64,000 nucleotides of DNA from NCBI GenBank assembly GCA_038207265.1, contig JBBQZZ010000014.1, positions 47,224 through 111,223 of the forward strand, in the 5' to 3' direction. Below are positions 7,269 through 16,932 of this stretch, piece after piece. A model generated the notes under the pieces. The model was not told where the DNA came from. It saw only the letters and a list, made by a program, of their open reading frames with translations, and made no database searches. The position numbers and the translations under genes are program-made. The stretch's first letter is position 1. Each line of letters starts with the position of its first letter. Source of the DNA: Chitinophagales bacterium. GTDB lineage: Bacteria; Bacteroidota; Bacteroidia; Chitinophagales; Chitinophagaceae.

Positions 7269-7940
7269 ATGAATGAAGCTGCTTCCATAAAAGTTGTTAT
7301 TGCAGACGATCATGAAATTTTTCGTGATGGTTTACGGATGATGTTGCAAAAACAACCGGGTATCAACCTGCTGGCAGAAGCCGAAGACGGCAGAGAATTA
7401 ATTGAACACATTAAACACCTGCAGCCCGACGTAGTAATTACAGATATAAAAATGCCGCGCATGGATGGCACAGCTGCCGTTAAGCACATAGCTGAGCATT
7501 ATCCGAATATTGGTATCATTGCACTTACCATGTTTGATGAAGAAGACCTGATTATTGATATGCTGGAAGCTGGTGCCAAAGGATATTTATTAAAAAATGC
7601 CGATAAACATGAAATGATTGGCGCTATCAAAGCAGTTTATAACAATGAACCTTATTATTGTCAGCATACCTCTCACCGGTTGGCGCAAATGGTTGCCCGC
7701 AGCAAGTTTAATCCGTATGCGCAACACGTTAAGCCATTATTCAATGACCGCGAAAAGGAAATGATTACCTGCATTTGTGATGGCCTGACCAACAAGGAAA
7801 TTGCAGCAAAAATATTCCTCAGTGTACGCACCGTAGAAGGACTTCGGATGAAATTATTAGAAAAGATGAATGTAAAAAATACTGCTGGCATCATTATCTA
7901 CGCCATCAAGAACGACTTGTATGCAACACGCATAAAATAA
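7269..7940 (+). CDS. Response regulator, NarL/FixJ (LuxR-type HTH) family
   Basis: The receiver domain shows IKVVIADDHEIFRDGL, DVVITDIKMPRMDG and ...GAKGYLLK. The C-terminal HTH shows LTNKEIAAKIFLSVRTVEGLRMKLLEKM. I chose the start at ATG 7269, just after the kinase stop at 7259..7261. Confidence 0.9.
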   Translation: MNEAASIKVVIADDHEIFRDGLRMMLQKQPGINLLAEAEDGRELIEHIKHLQPDVVITDIKMPRMDGTAAVKHIAEHYPNIGIIALTMFDEEDLIIDMLEAGAKGYLLKNADKHEMIGAIKAVYNNEPYYCQHTSHRLAQMVARSKFNPYAQHVKPLFNDREKEMITCICDGLTNKEIAAKIFLSVRTVEGLRMKLLEKMNVKNTAGIIIYAIKNDLYATRIK

Positions 7941-7950
7941 ACCTGCAAAA

Positions 7951-8204
7951 GAACCACAAAGGCACAAAGCCACAGAGGAGCACGGAGGATTATTTAAAAC
8001 GAAATGAACCACAAAGTCACAAAGCCACAGCGTAACACAGAGATTCGCTTATAATAACAGCAACTTATAAGTTACGCTCTGTGACCTCTCAATCCGAGTG
8101 TTTTCACTACTGGTAAAACCTCAAAATTGAAATATACTCTTTTTGCTTCCCGGGTTGTATAGAAATTTGTATCTCCCCCGTGTCTCTGTGACTTTGTGGT
8201 TCAA
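7951..8204. repeat. Gene-less set of the same repeat family: two forward copies and one inverted copy
   Basis: 7951..7987 is gaaccacaaaggcacaaagccacagaggagcacggag. 8006..8045 is gaaccacaaagtcacaaagccacagcgtaacacagagattc. 8175..8204 is cccccgtgtctctgtgactttgtggttc, the inverted orientation, followed by A8. These are reverse-complement relatives of the 3384..3643 unit. Confidence 0.75.
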
Positions 8205-8227
8205 AAAAAATTCCATGGTTCAATAAA

Positions 8228-11065
8228 CTAGAAATTCAAAGCAATCTTTGTAAACAATCGTCTTCCGTTAAAGCCCATTTGCACAGAATCCCAGGGTCCA
8301 CCGCTTTCATTGTCCTCTGCATAACCTTTTGCCTGTGGATTCACACCAAGATCCGGATGAATATTAAACAAATTATCAGCCCCGATAAACAAACTGATCT
8401 TTTTAGAAAATCTATAGGATGCGTAAACATCGGTAGTAATCTTGTGATTGTAATTAAATACTTCCGGCACATATACATTGGGGTTAGCATCGCTGGGTAC
8501 ACGCGGATTGATACCAGAATAATTTGGATTATCAAATCCACCCGGTGAACCTGGATTGGGTGCACTTCCATCCCCAAAACCCAACAAGACAATTTTTCCA
8601 TAGGAAGTAAAATGAGCACCCAAACCAAAGTTGGCAAGTGTATAATCCAATCCCAGGGAAAACTTACTATTGGGTGCAGATGCTTTCAGGAATGCTTCTT
8701 CCCGGTCGCTGTAAAAAGTTTTTTTCTGCAATTGCGTATTGCTCAGCGCAGATGGGTAATGAGTTTCATCAATGGTCAGGTGTTGTACATTACCAGCCAG
8801 CAATACCTTCAGGCTGTTGCGGTTCCAGTGAAAAGTATAGTCTGCCACAATATCCAATCCTATATTGGTGGTACTAACAGCGTTGGCAAAAAACTGTGCA
8901 GTGGAGACCTCTGCCGGAAACTGGGAAGTAAAAGAAGCGGGCAATGTTGCATCGTCTTTACTGAACAAACCAGAAAGCACAACCCGGTCTTTTACCTTAA
9001 CAATATAACCGTCTACAGTAACCGTAAATCCTGTTAGCGGTTTCCACGAAAATCCAAGGCTTCCATTGATAGAAGTTTCCTGTTTCAAATCTGGTATGCC
9101 TGCAGCTCTCGCGATAGAACTGGTATTGGGAGCGATGAGTGATTGTACCAGTTGTCCCCCGCTGAAGGAAGTAAGCGTATTACTGAAATGTATTTGCGCC
9201 AGCGATGGTGCACGGAAACCCGTACTCACAGAACCCCTGATATTGAAATTATCCAATACTTTATAACGCGTGGCCAGTTTACCGGTCAAGACAGATCCAA
9301 AATCTGAATAATTTTCAAATCTTACCGCGGCATCTACCAACCATTTTTTGGTGATATCAAGTGCGGCATCAACATACACCCCTTCGTTGTTACGGTTAGA
9401 ATGTACGGCGTCTGTATTGCTGAATCCGGGAAAACCCTGGGAGCCGGAAGCCTGTACGCCATTGGGATCATAATTCTTATAAGAAAGATCCTCACCACTA
9501 AAAATAGTATATTTTTCATACCGGAACTCTGCACCAAAACCAAGGTTCAATCCACTGGCTACTGTTTTAAAAGTTTTATTGAAATCCAGGTTCAGTGTAT
9601 TTTGTAAAAAGTTGAAACCACCGTCATCAAAGTGGGTGGGCGTTGCTTTTCCTATCTGCGAAGCATTGAATGTTTTATCGCCATAATAATGAAAATCATT
9701 ATAACCAATGGTATTGCTCAAATCCCATCCCCAGTCTTTACCGGCGCTGCCCCTGATTCCAGCAGCAAAAGAGATGTCGGTAATATGCGTTTGTATATGC
9801 GGGTTATAATAAACTTCTCCATCGTTGGAAGTATGCATGATGGAAGGCACGTCAATACGGTTACCACCGGCATCAACCGGGAAGCGCTCAGGTTTAGCAC
9901 TCCAGTTTCTTGAATAGGCAAAAGCATCGGAAGCTTTATAGTTGTAGCCGCCAAAAGAATAAAAAGTTGTTTTACCACCTGCACTGGTGGGTACTTCCAT
10001 ATTGTACATAATGCCTGCGGTAGTAACGGAACCATCTCCAAATGCCCTGCGGCCGGTATTCAGATAAGGCAACGCATTTTTATTTCCATAAGCATTCATC
10101 GTATCAACCTGGCGATAGGTTTTTGCCTGGCGAAGAAAATCGGCAGAAACATTGATAAAGCCGCCGTTTTTACCAATAGCAGCGCCATTGTTTACAGACA
10201 ATGTATATGTACCGCCATCAATGGCGTTACCAGAATAATATTGATTGCCGGAATTGAATTTACGTGCATTGAATTTGGTGTCGTTATAACCGGCCCATCC
10301 TGCATTTACTGACCAATGGTTAATGTCTTTTTTTAGAATGATATTGATTACACCTGCAATGGCATCAGAACCATATTGTGCAGAAGCACCATCCCGTAAT
10401 ATTTCGATGCGATCAACCGCTGTTTGGGGAAAGCCATTCATGTCAACTCCGGAATTGGCGCGGCCTCTTGTGCCAAACAATCCTACAAACGCTGTAGAAT
10501 GTCTTCTTTTACCATTGATTAAAACAAGGGTATGATCCGGACCCAAACCTCTTAAAGTACCCAAATCAATGTGATCGGCACCGTCTGCACCACTTTGTTT
10601 ATTATAATTGAATGAAGGTGCCGCGATATTCAATGCAGAAGTGAGATCCATTTTTGCAGTGGGTAAACCAACCTGGTTGATGCGGATGATATCAACCGGT
10701 ACAGGGGTTTCAATCTTTGCCCTGGCACCGCCTCTTGATCCTACAAATACAATTTCGTTCAGCTCTGTAGCCGCATTTTCCAGTCCAATGGTCAGTGTTG
10801 TCTCATTGCCAACTTTTATGGATTGCGTTTTGTATCCTACAATACTTATTTCCAACACATCATTAGGACCGGCTGTTATACTAAAAGCGCCATCCTTATT
10901 GGTAATGGTTCCTTTCTTAGTAGCCTTTACCCGGATAGAAACATCTGGTAGTGGATTGCCTGTTTTTGAATCCGTTATTTTACCGGTAACGGTTTGGGCC
11001 TGGGCAATCAGCGTAAATGAAATTGCTAACATCAGCATACATAGAACCTTTGGTAAGCGTCTCAT
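8228..11065 (-). CDS. TonB-dependent outer-membrane receptor with CarboxypepD_reg-like N-terminal domain
   Basis: Signal peptide; TVTGKITDSKTGNPLPDVSIRVK...GAFSI (carboxypeptidase-regulatory fold); plug region (VDRIEILRGASAQYGSDAIAGVINIILK); a long beta-barrel rich in aromatic-x-aromatic repeats; terminal ...FTKIALNF. Confidence 0.9.
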   Translation of the reverse strand: MRRLPKVLCMLMLAISFTLIAQAQTVTGKITDSKTGNPLPDVSIRVKATKKGTITNKDGAFSITAGPNDVLEISIVGYKTQSIKVGNETTLTIGLENAATELNEIVFVGSRGGARAKIETPVPVDIIRINQVGLPTAKMDLTSALNIAAPSFNYNKQSGADGADHIDLGTLRGLGPDHTLVLINGKRRHSTAFVGLFGTRGRANSGVDMNGFPQTAVDRIEILRDGASAQYGSDAIAGVINIILKKDINHWSVNAGWAGYNDTKFNARKFNSGNQYYSGNAIDGGTYTLSVNNGAAIGKNGGFINVSADFLRQAKTYRQVDTMNAYGNKNALPYLNTGRRAFGDGSVTTAGIMYNMEVPTSAGGKTTFYSFGGYNYKASDAFAYSRNWSAKPERFPVDAGGNRIDVPSIMHTSNDGEVYYNPHIQTHITDISFAAGIRGSAGKDWGWDLSNTIGYNDFHYYGDKTFNASQIGKATPTHFDDGGFNFLQNTLNLDFNKTFKTVASGLNLGFGAEFRYEKYTIFSGEDLSYKNYDPNGVQASGSQGFPGFSNTDAVHSNRNNEGVYVDAALDITKKWLVDAAVRFENYSDFGSVLTGKLATRYKVLDNFNIRGSVSTGFRAPSLAQIHFSNTLTSFSGGQLVQSLIAPNTSSIARAAGIPDLKQETSINGSLGFSWKPLTGFTVTVDGYIVKVKDRVVLSGLFSKDDATLPASFTSQFPAEVSTAQFFANAVSTTNIGLDIVADYTFHWNRNSLKVLLAGNVQHLTIDETHYPSALSNTQLQKKTFYSDREEAFLKASAPNSKFSLGLDYTLANFGLGAHFTSYGKIVLLGFGDGSAPNPGSPGGFDNPNYSGINPRVPSDANPNVYVPEVFNYNHKITTDVYASYRFSKKISLFIGADNLFNIHPDLGVNPQAKGYAEDNESGGPWDSVQMGFNGRRLFTKIALNF

Positions 11066-11365
11066 ACAATTAGTTTAGTTAAGTAATGAGTCGTTTATCA
11101 TGCGATAAACAACCTGCAATAACAATTGGGTTTTGAAAAATGAGTTTATCATCGGGAAAAATGAAATAAAACTCAAAAAAATTGATACGGCGTAGCAGTC
11201 GGTTTTCAAATATACCATCAACCGGTGAATTATGCGTATTAATCGGTTGAAAGTTTTTTGGTAGATGCCGCAAAATAATCTTGTCGGTACGCAGACTTTT
11301 GAATCAACAACCACAAAATTCAGTTGTTAATAATGGCATGAAAAATTGCTATATTTTTACGCATC

Positions 11366-12814
11366 ATGCAAAATGCAACAGAAGAGATTCGTCAATTGTT
11401 TTCTACCGTGAAGAATGAACCGGTTAAGCAAATAGATAAGATTCCGCAATCGGGCAGCGACCGGATCTATTATCGTATCCTTACAGAATCCGGCAGCTAT
11501 ATTGCAACTACGGGTCATAATGTAAAAGAAAATAACACGTTCATCCACTTCAGCAGGCAATTTAAAAAAGCGGGTTGCCCGGTGCCGCAGATTCTTGCTG
11601 TCAATGATGATCAGACCATTTACCTGCAGGAAGATTTTGGGGATGTTTCTTTATTGAATAAGTTGGAAACGCATGGGTACAATGAATATGTTTATAGTCT
11701 CTTTAAACAAAGCCTGAAAGAACTGGCAAAACTCCAGGTAAACGGTGGCCGGCATATTGATTATAATTTGTGCCTCACTGCAAAGGAATTTGGAAAGCAG
11801 GCAATTTTGTCGGACCTGCTTTACTTTAAATATTATTTCCTGGATACATTAAAATATGCTTATGATAAACAGGCACTGCTGAATGATTTTGAGGCATTGA
11901 GTACTTACCTGACACAAACGGAAAATAAATATTTCATGTTCCGCGATTTTCAGAGTCGCAATGTGATGATCAAAGATGATAAAGTTCATTTTATAGATTA
12001 CCAGGGCGGCATGCGCGGAGCCTTACAATATGATGTGGCTTCTCTTTTGTGGCAGGCAAGGGCAGAACTGCCAGACGACTGGAAAAAAAGCCTGCTTGAT
12101 TATTATATAGATGAAGCGAACAAGCTATTGGAAATACCTGCAGACAACACCGTTTTTACTACCCAATACAATGGTTATGTATTGATTCGTTTATTGCAGG
12201 TATTGGGTGCCTATGGATTCCGCGGTTTATTTGAACGCAAAGCTCAGTTTCTGACCAGTATTCCATTGGCACTCCTCAACCTGAAATGGTTTTCAGAAAA
12301 CAGAAGCATGGGAATTGCTGTTCCTGAATTTGAAAAATGCCTGCGTTTTTGTGTGAGCGATGAAGTCATCAACCGGTTTGAACCCTTGCGTGCTACAGCA
12401 GAAACAGCATTGACGGTAACCATCAATAGTTTTTCCTATAAAAAAGGAATCCCCCAGGATGAATCTGAAAACGGCGGTGGCTTTGTGTTTGATTGCCGTG
12501 GCATTTTAAATCCGGGGCGTTTTGATGCATTCAAAAAATTAACCGGCAGGGATAAAAGCGTTAAAGATTTCCTGGAACAGCAAACCAAAATGCCCGATTT
12601 CCTCAACAGTGTTTTTGACATAGCAGATATATCAGTAACGGACTACATTAAACGCAATTTCAGCAGCCTCATGATCAGCTTTGGCTGCACTGGTGGACAG
12701 CACAGGAGTGTTTATGCTGCAGATGCGCTGGCAAGGCATTTAAAAAATAAGTTTCATGTGAAGATTAATTTGCAGCATAGGGTGCAGGACGAGAAGAACT
12801 GGATCAACGGATAG
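11366..12814 (+). CDS. Fusion protein: APH-fold sugar kinase (AmgK-like) N-terminal domain plus RapZ/YvcJ C-terminal domain
   Basis: The N-terminal part has SGSDRIYYRI (cf. the AmgK/APH Gly-rich/R-x-Y-x-R region) and the catalytic loop FRDFQSRNVMI....HFIDYQGG. The C-terminal ~130 aa has FVFDCRGILNPGR...LTGRDKSVKDFL and the near-invariant RapZ signature GCTGGQHRSV. Confidence 0.7.
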   Translation: MQNATEEIRQLFSTVKNEPVKQIDKIPQSGSDRIYYRILTESGSYIATTGHNVKENNTFIHFSRQFKKAGCPVPQILAVNDDQTIYLQEDFGDVSLLNKLETHGYNEYVYSLFKQSLKELAKLQVNGGRHIDYNLCLTAKEFGKQAILSDLLYFKYYFLDTLKYAYDKQALLNDFEALSTYLTQTENKYFMFRDFQSRNVMIKDDKVHFIDYQGGMRGALQYDVASLLWQARAELPDDWKKSLLDYYIDEANKLLEIPADNTVFTTQYNGYVLIRLLQVLGAYGFRGLFERKAQFLTSIPLALLNLKWFSENRSMGIAVPEFEKCLRFCVSDEVINRFEPLRATAETALTVTINSFSYKKGIPQDESENGGGFVFDCRGILNPGRFDAFKKLTGRDKSVKDFLEQQTKMPDFLNSVFDIADISVTDYIKRNFSSLMISFGCTGGQHRSVYAADALARHLKNKFHVKINLQHRVQDEKNWING

Positions 12815-12923
12815 TAAGTGAGTAGTAAATAGGGAGTAGGTAAGCAGGCAGGAGATATAAAACATTATAATTGAAAAGAATGGTCAACTATAATTCACAA
12901 AATTCCCTTTTAGGGGCAGGGGT

Positions 12924-13640
12924 ATGAAAGGAATGATTTTCGCCGCCGGGCTGGGTACAAGGTTTAAACCCTGGACAGATAAACATCCCAAAGCGCTGGC
13001 TTTGGTGAATGGTAAAAGTTTATTGCAGAGAAATGTTGAATACCTGCAGCAGTATGGCATTACAGAAGTAGTGGTGAACGTGCATCATTTCGCTGACCAG
13101 GTCATTGAAGCAATAAGAAAGAACAATGGCTGGGGCAGTAAAATTTTAATCAGTGATGAACGTAATGAAGTACTGGAAACCGGCGGTGGATTGTTAAAAG
13201 CAAAAAACCTGCTGGAAGGAGATGAATGTTTTGTAACCATCAATGTGGATATACTTACGGATCTCAAAATCAAAAGACTGCTGGATTTTCACAAAGATTA
13301 TAAACCGCTTATTTCATTTGCCGTTACCCATCGCAATACTTCACGTAATTTTTTATTTGATGAATTTGATCGTCTCTGTGGATGGCGCAACAAAAAAACA
13401 GGAGAAGAAAGAATTTCAATTGCAAAAAATGATCTTATAGAAAAAGCTTACAGCTGTGTGGTAGTGTTCGAACCCACCATTTTTTCATTGATAAAACAAC
13501 AGGGCAAATTTTCATTGGTAGAAACCTATCTCAGCCTGGCCAAAGATCATTTGATACTTGGTTATGAGCATACCGGCGATAAATGGGTGGATGTTGGCAA
13601 ACCTGAATCGGTTGCCGTAGCGGAGAAACTATTTTTATAA
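12924..13640 (+). CDS. Sugar-1-phosphate nucleotidyltransferase, MurU-like
   Basis: N-terminal MIFAAGLGTRFKPWTDKHPKALA (the G-x-G-T-R signature of the NTP_transferase fold), ~238 aa, immediately downstream of the AmgK-like kinase, as in amgK-murU pairs. Confidence 0.7.
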   Translation: MKGMIFAAGLGTRFKPWTDKHPKALALVNGKSLLQRNVEYLQQYGITEVVVNVHHFADQVIEAIRKNNGWGSKILISDERNEVLETGGGLLKAKNLLEGDECFVTINVDILTDLKIKRLLDFHKDYKPLISFAVTHRNTSRNFLFDEFDRLCGWRNKKTGEERISIAKNDLIEKAYSCVVVFEPTIFSLIKQQGKFSLVETYLSLAKDHLILGYEHTGDKWVDVGKPESVAVAEKLFL

Positions 13641-13647
13641 CGATTGT

Positions 13648-14757
13648 TTAATCCTGTGGCAACTGATCAAAAATATAACTCAGCGGGGACTCTTCCAGTA
13701 CCTGTCTCTCAATGGTATTATCAGCAGCGGTTTCCCATTTTACCAGGCGTACAAATCCATCTTCAATCTCAATACCGGTTATGTCACCATCGCTGAAACA
13801 GCAACAGCCGCTATTGAAATAGGAAGGATAGGTCATGCTCTTCACAAATTTTTTTCCTTCATATTCTTTTTTGCGCTGCGCCAGGTCTGCTGCTATTTTA
13901 TTTATTAATACCTCATCGTTTATTTCTTTTGCATTTTGCAGCTGGTGTGTCAATCGATCAATATGATCAAGTGAAGCAAAGACAGGTTTATGCGTATGAC
14001 CCGAAACCATGATGAGTTGCTTTTTGGTGGCGCTCCATTCATACATAATTATATTGTGCGCATCGGTAAGTTCAAAAGAGGTAGAAGGCGTGTTGATACT
14101 TACTTCCAGGAAGCGTTGAATAGGCGTCCAGATCGCGGCTACTACCCATGTGCTGAATGGATTGCCATCACTTTTTTTATCACCCTGGTGACCATGCGTG
14201 AGAAAAAATGAAAACGTTTTATTGTTGTATTGCGTTTGCAATTCTATGCCTTCATAAATTTTTAACGTATCGCCAAATACCGGCTTCAGGTAAATCATTT
14301 GCTGAAAAGGATATTTCCATTCCAGGTCGTGGTTGCCAAAAACTTTATAATACCTGTTTTGCTGTAAGAATTTCAATTCTGATTCAAACACTGTTTTATT
14401 GGCTTTCATAACGGTATCGGGTGTGTTCTCCCAGAGTTCTTCCGCATCTCCCAGGTTTATGTATTGAAAATTATTATTGAAGTAATAATCAAGCGCGGCC
14501 ACATAATTTTTTTCCGCCAGCCGAAAATCATCGGCCATGTCGCGGATGCCTTTGTGTTGATCAGAAAAAATAATAAACCGGCCGCTGTTTATTTCATAAG
14601 GTATAATAATGCCTTCTGTAGTATTGCCCGCGCGAATCTCTTTCAAAACCGTATCCATGGAAGAAAACACATCTTCTTTGACTGGTGAAGAGGAAATTTT
14701 TTCGGCCAGCCGGGTGACAGGTTTTTGAAAGATTCTTTGCAAAAAGCGTTTGAACAT
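13648..14757 (-). CDS. Calcineurin-like metallophosphoesterase
   Basis: The motif series is present: IIFSDQHKG (D-x-H), LGDAEELWEN (G-D-x-x-E), GNHD, LTHGHQGD and SGHTHKP. Confidence 0.75.
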   Translation of the reverse strand: MFKRFLQRIFQKPVTRLAEKISSSPVKEDVFSSMDTVLKEIRAGNTTEGIIIPYEINSGRFIIFSDQHKGIRDMADDFRLAEKNYVAALDYYFNNNFQYINLGDAEELWENTPDTVMKANKTVFESELKFLQQNRYYKVFGNHDLEWKYPFQQMIYLKPVFGDTLKIYEGIELQTQYNNKTFSFFLTHGHQGDKKSDGNPFSTWVVAAIWTPIQRFLEVSINTPSTSFELTDAHNIIMYEWSATKKQLIMVSGHTHKPVFASLDHIDRLTHQLQNAKEINDEVLINKIAADLAQRKKEYEGKKFVKSMTYPSYFNSGCCCFSDGDITGIEIEDGFVRLVKWETAADNTIERQVLEESPLSYIFDQLPQD

Positions 14758-14787
14758 ATTCAGGATGCAGGTTGAAGTGAAGTAAAT

Positions 14788-15954
14788 CTATACTTTAATG
14801 TATATTTTCTTTTTATCCAGCCAGTAAGCAATCAACCAGTAAAAAACAACGATACTCAATGCAAATAATAAGGAGCCATTGTTGAGATTGGAAGAAATAT
14901 TTTTACATACATGTTCAAAGTACCAGCCAAAAACATTTGTATAAACCGGTTTGCCATCTTCACCAATATGATCTGTCCATCTTAGTAAACCCGCTACCCT
15001 TGGTATAAACCCACTGAGAAAAAATACAAACAATGGATTTTTTCCAAAAACATCAAAGAACCTCGTCCAGCCACCGCGTTGGTTACGGAATTCAACTGCG
15101 TACATAAGAATGGCAAGAATCATCATAGCCAGGCCAGTTGTATAAACGACAAAAGAACTGGTCCATATTTTTTTGTTGATAGGAAATACCATGTCCCAAC
15201 AAAAACCGGCAAAGAGTAATACCGCGGCAATTACAAAAAGGCTGCTGAGCATTTCAAATGTTTTGCCTTTCTGTATAATATAGTTGCCAACCAAATAACC
15301 AAAAATTACCTGTGCAATGGAGGGAATGGTGCTCATGATTCCTTCGGGGTCGAATGCGATGCCCTCACCTTTATACATATGCGCGATGCCCAGTATTTTT
15401 TTATCGATAGGTGTACCAAACCAGCCATTGATACTATAGGGATCTGCCGGATTGCCCAGCATACACATCAGCCAGTATCCAAAAAGAAGAACTGCAGTCA
15501 TCACGAAGGCACCCCGAATTTTCAGGAAGTAAATGATTAGCGATGCAAACAGGTAAGACAATGCAATTCTTTGTAACACGCCAAGTATCCTTACACCATT
15601 ATCAGGGTTATCCGGATTTACCCAATGACGCAGCACAAGATGTTCTCCCTGCCAGCGAATAAATGGGCTCCAGTTAAGAAAGAGCCCGATAGCGAATATT
15701 ATCAAAAACCTTTTGAATACTTTTTTAAGAAACGCATTGGTACCTGCTGCTTCCAGCCGGGGCATAACAAACGCCATTGCATTACCCACGGCAAAAAGAA
15801 AAAAGGGAAAGACAAGATCAGTAGGCGTGAGGCCATGCCAGGGGGCATGTTCCAGTGGTTCGTAAACATGTTCGGAACCTGCGTTGTTTACCAGGATCAT
15901 GAATGCCACAGTGGCACCGCGAAAAATATCCAGGGAGTAAAATCGTTGATTCAC
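14788..15954 (-). CDS. HGSNAT/DUF5009-type membrane acyltransferase-like protein (NagX-like)
   Basis: N-terminus RFYSLDIFRGATVAFMILVNN is typical of the heparan-alpha-glucosaminide N-acetyltransferase-like family. About 10-11 hydrophobic helices. Confidence 0.7.
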   Translation of the reverse strand: MNQRFYSLDIFRGATVAFMILVNNAGSEHVYEPLEHAPWHGLTPTDLVFPFFLFAVGNAMAFVMPRLEAAGTNAFLKKVFKRFLIIFAIGLFLNWSPFIRWQGEHLVLRHWVNPDNPDNGVRILGVLQRIALSYLFASLIIYFLKIRGAFVMTAVLLFGYWLMCMLGNPADPYSINGWFGTPIDKKILGIAHMYKGEGIAFDPEGIMSTIPSIAQVIFGYLVGNYIIQKGKTFEMLSSLFVIAAVLLFAGFCWDMVFPINKKIWTSSFVVYTTGLAMMILAILMYAVEFRNQRGGWTRFFDVFGKNPLFVFFLSGFIPRVAGLLRWTDHIGEDGKPVYTNVFGWYFEHVCKNISSNLNNGSLLFALSIVVFYWLIAYWLDKKKIYIKV

Positions 15955-16059
15955 TACAGAAAGATAAGATAACTTCTTTAAGTTATGGAACCAGTAAAAG
16001 ATATGGGGGAACTTTTAATGCTGGCAAACACATTCATAAACAACATCAGCAGCGCATCA

Positions 16060-16932
16060 CTATGCATTCACACCGGATCTCAGCGAATTTTCGCGCGGTT
16101 GCTTGTCGAAGAAATAAGGGATGGGCAATTTTTTTGCAAGTCTCGGATAAATAAGTTTTGCTATTAAATAAATAGAAAGAGGAAGAATGATCAAAAATAA
16201 AAAATCAGCAATCACCGCGTACTTCTTGATGAAAAACGTACGGAACGAAAAACCCTGCAGTTCCTCATCACTCATGAACAAAGACATTACTTTTTTCAAG
16301 GCAGGCATTAATACTGGTATTTTGTTCCAGTTGGTATATCGCACATCTTCATACCGGTATCGTCCATCATAATTTTCAGGAACCTGTTGCTTGTAAAGAT
16401 CCCAGTTGGTACTTACATCTTGAAAAGAAGCCAGTTTTCCATCAGCTCTTTTAAAAGAAAGGTTATACAACGGATCCAGCACCGCCCAGCCATAACTGGT
16501 TTTAGCCTCAATAATAATATGACCCCCAAATACGCCGTCCACTTTCATTTGAGCAAACCTGCTTTGAATGTTCATTGTTCTTAAAACACCACAAAGAACA
16601 GCAGAATAACTTCCGCAGGCACCATCGGCTGTCATCATATCAGTGGAAAGCGGATGAATAAATTCGTCAACGAAACCGGTAGCAGGAACACCACTGAATA
16701 TTTCGGACCTTCTTCTCAATAAGTAATGAGTGGTATGTACAGCGCTTTTGATCAGGCTGTCTTCTTCAAGTTCGCCAACACTGGTAATTTTTTTTGCAAT
16801 GGAATTGAATATCAAATCTTCGCGGTTGGCCTGTATTTTAAATAAGATGAAAAATGCAATGAGGAAGCCATTGACAAAGACTAAAAAATGGAGGTTAGTG
16901 ACGATCCTTTTTAAAATTCTTCCGGGTTTCAC
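16060..16932 (-). CDS. Membrane-anchored transglutaminase-like (Cys-His-Asp) domain protein
   Basis: Candidate triad context: ADGACGSYSAVLCGVLR ... GGHIIIEA ... WAVLDPLYN. Flanked by N- and C-terminal hydrophobic helices. Confidence 0.5.
   Translation of the reverse strand: MKPGRILKRIVTNLHFLVFVNGFLIAFFILFKIQANREDLIFNSIAKKITSVGELEEDSLIKSAVHTTHYLLRRRSEIFSGVPATGFVDEFIHPLSTDMMTADGACGSYSAVLCGVLRTMNIQSRFAQMKVDGVFGGHIIIEAKTSYGWAVLDPLYNLSFKRADGKLASFQDVSTNWDLYKQQVPENYDGRYRYEDVRYTNWNKIPVLMPALKKVMSLFMSDEELQGFSFRTFFIKKYAVIADFLFLIILPLSIYLIAKLIYPRLAKKLPIPYFFDKQPRENSLRSGVNA

Noticed and set aside
8279-11078. Numerous 60-156 aa ORFs on both strands inside the TonB-dependent receptor gene
   Set aside because: All are nested in or antisense to a 945-aa ORF with clear receptor motifs. 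They are typical shadow ORFs.
11066-11365. Riboswitch (cobalamin or TPP) in the 300-nt region upstream of the TonB-dependent receptor
   Set aside because: I read the reverse strand looking for a B12 box (…AGYCMGGAGACC…/GCCACTG) or the TPP CUGAGA/ACCUGAUCUGGAUAAUGCCAGCG core and found neither. A covariance-model scan would be needed to exclude it fully.
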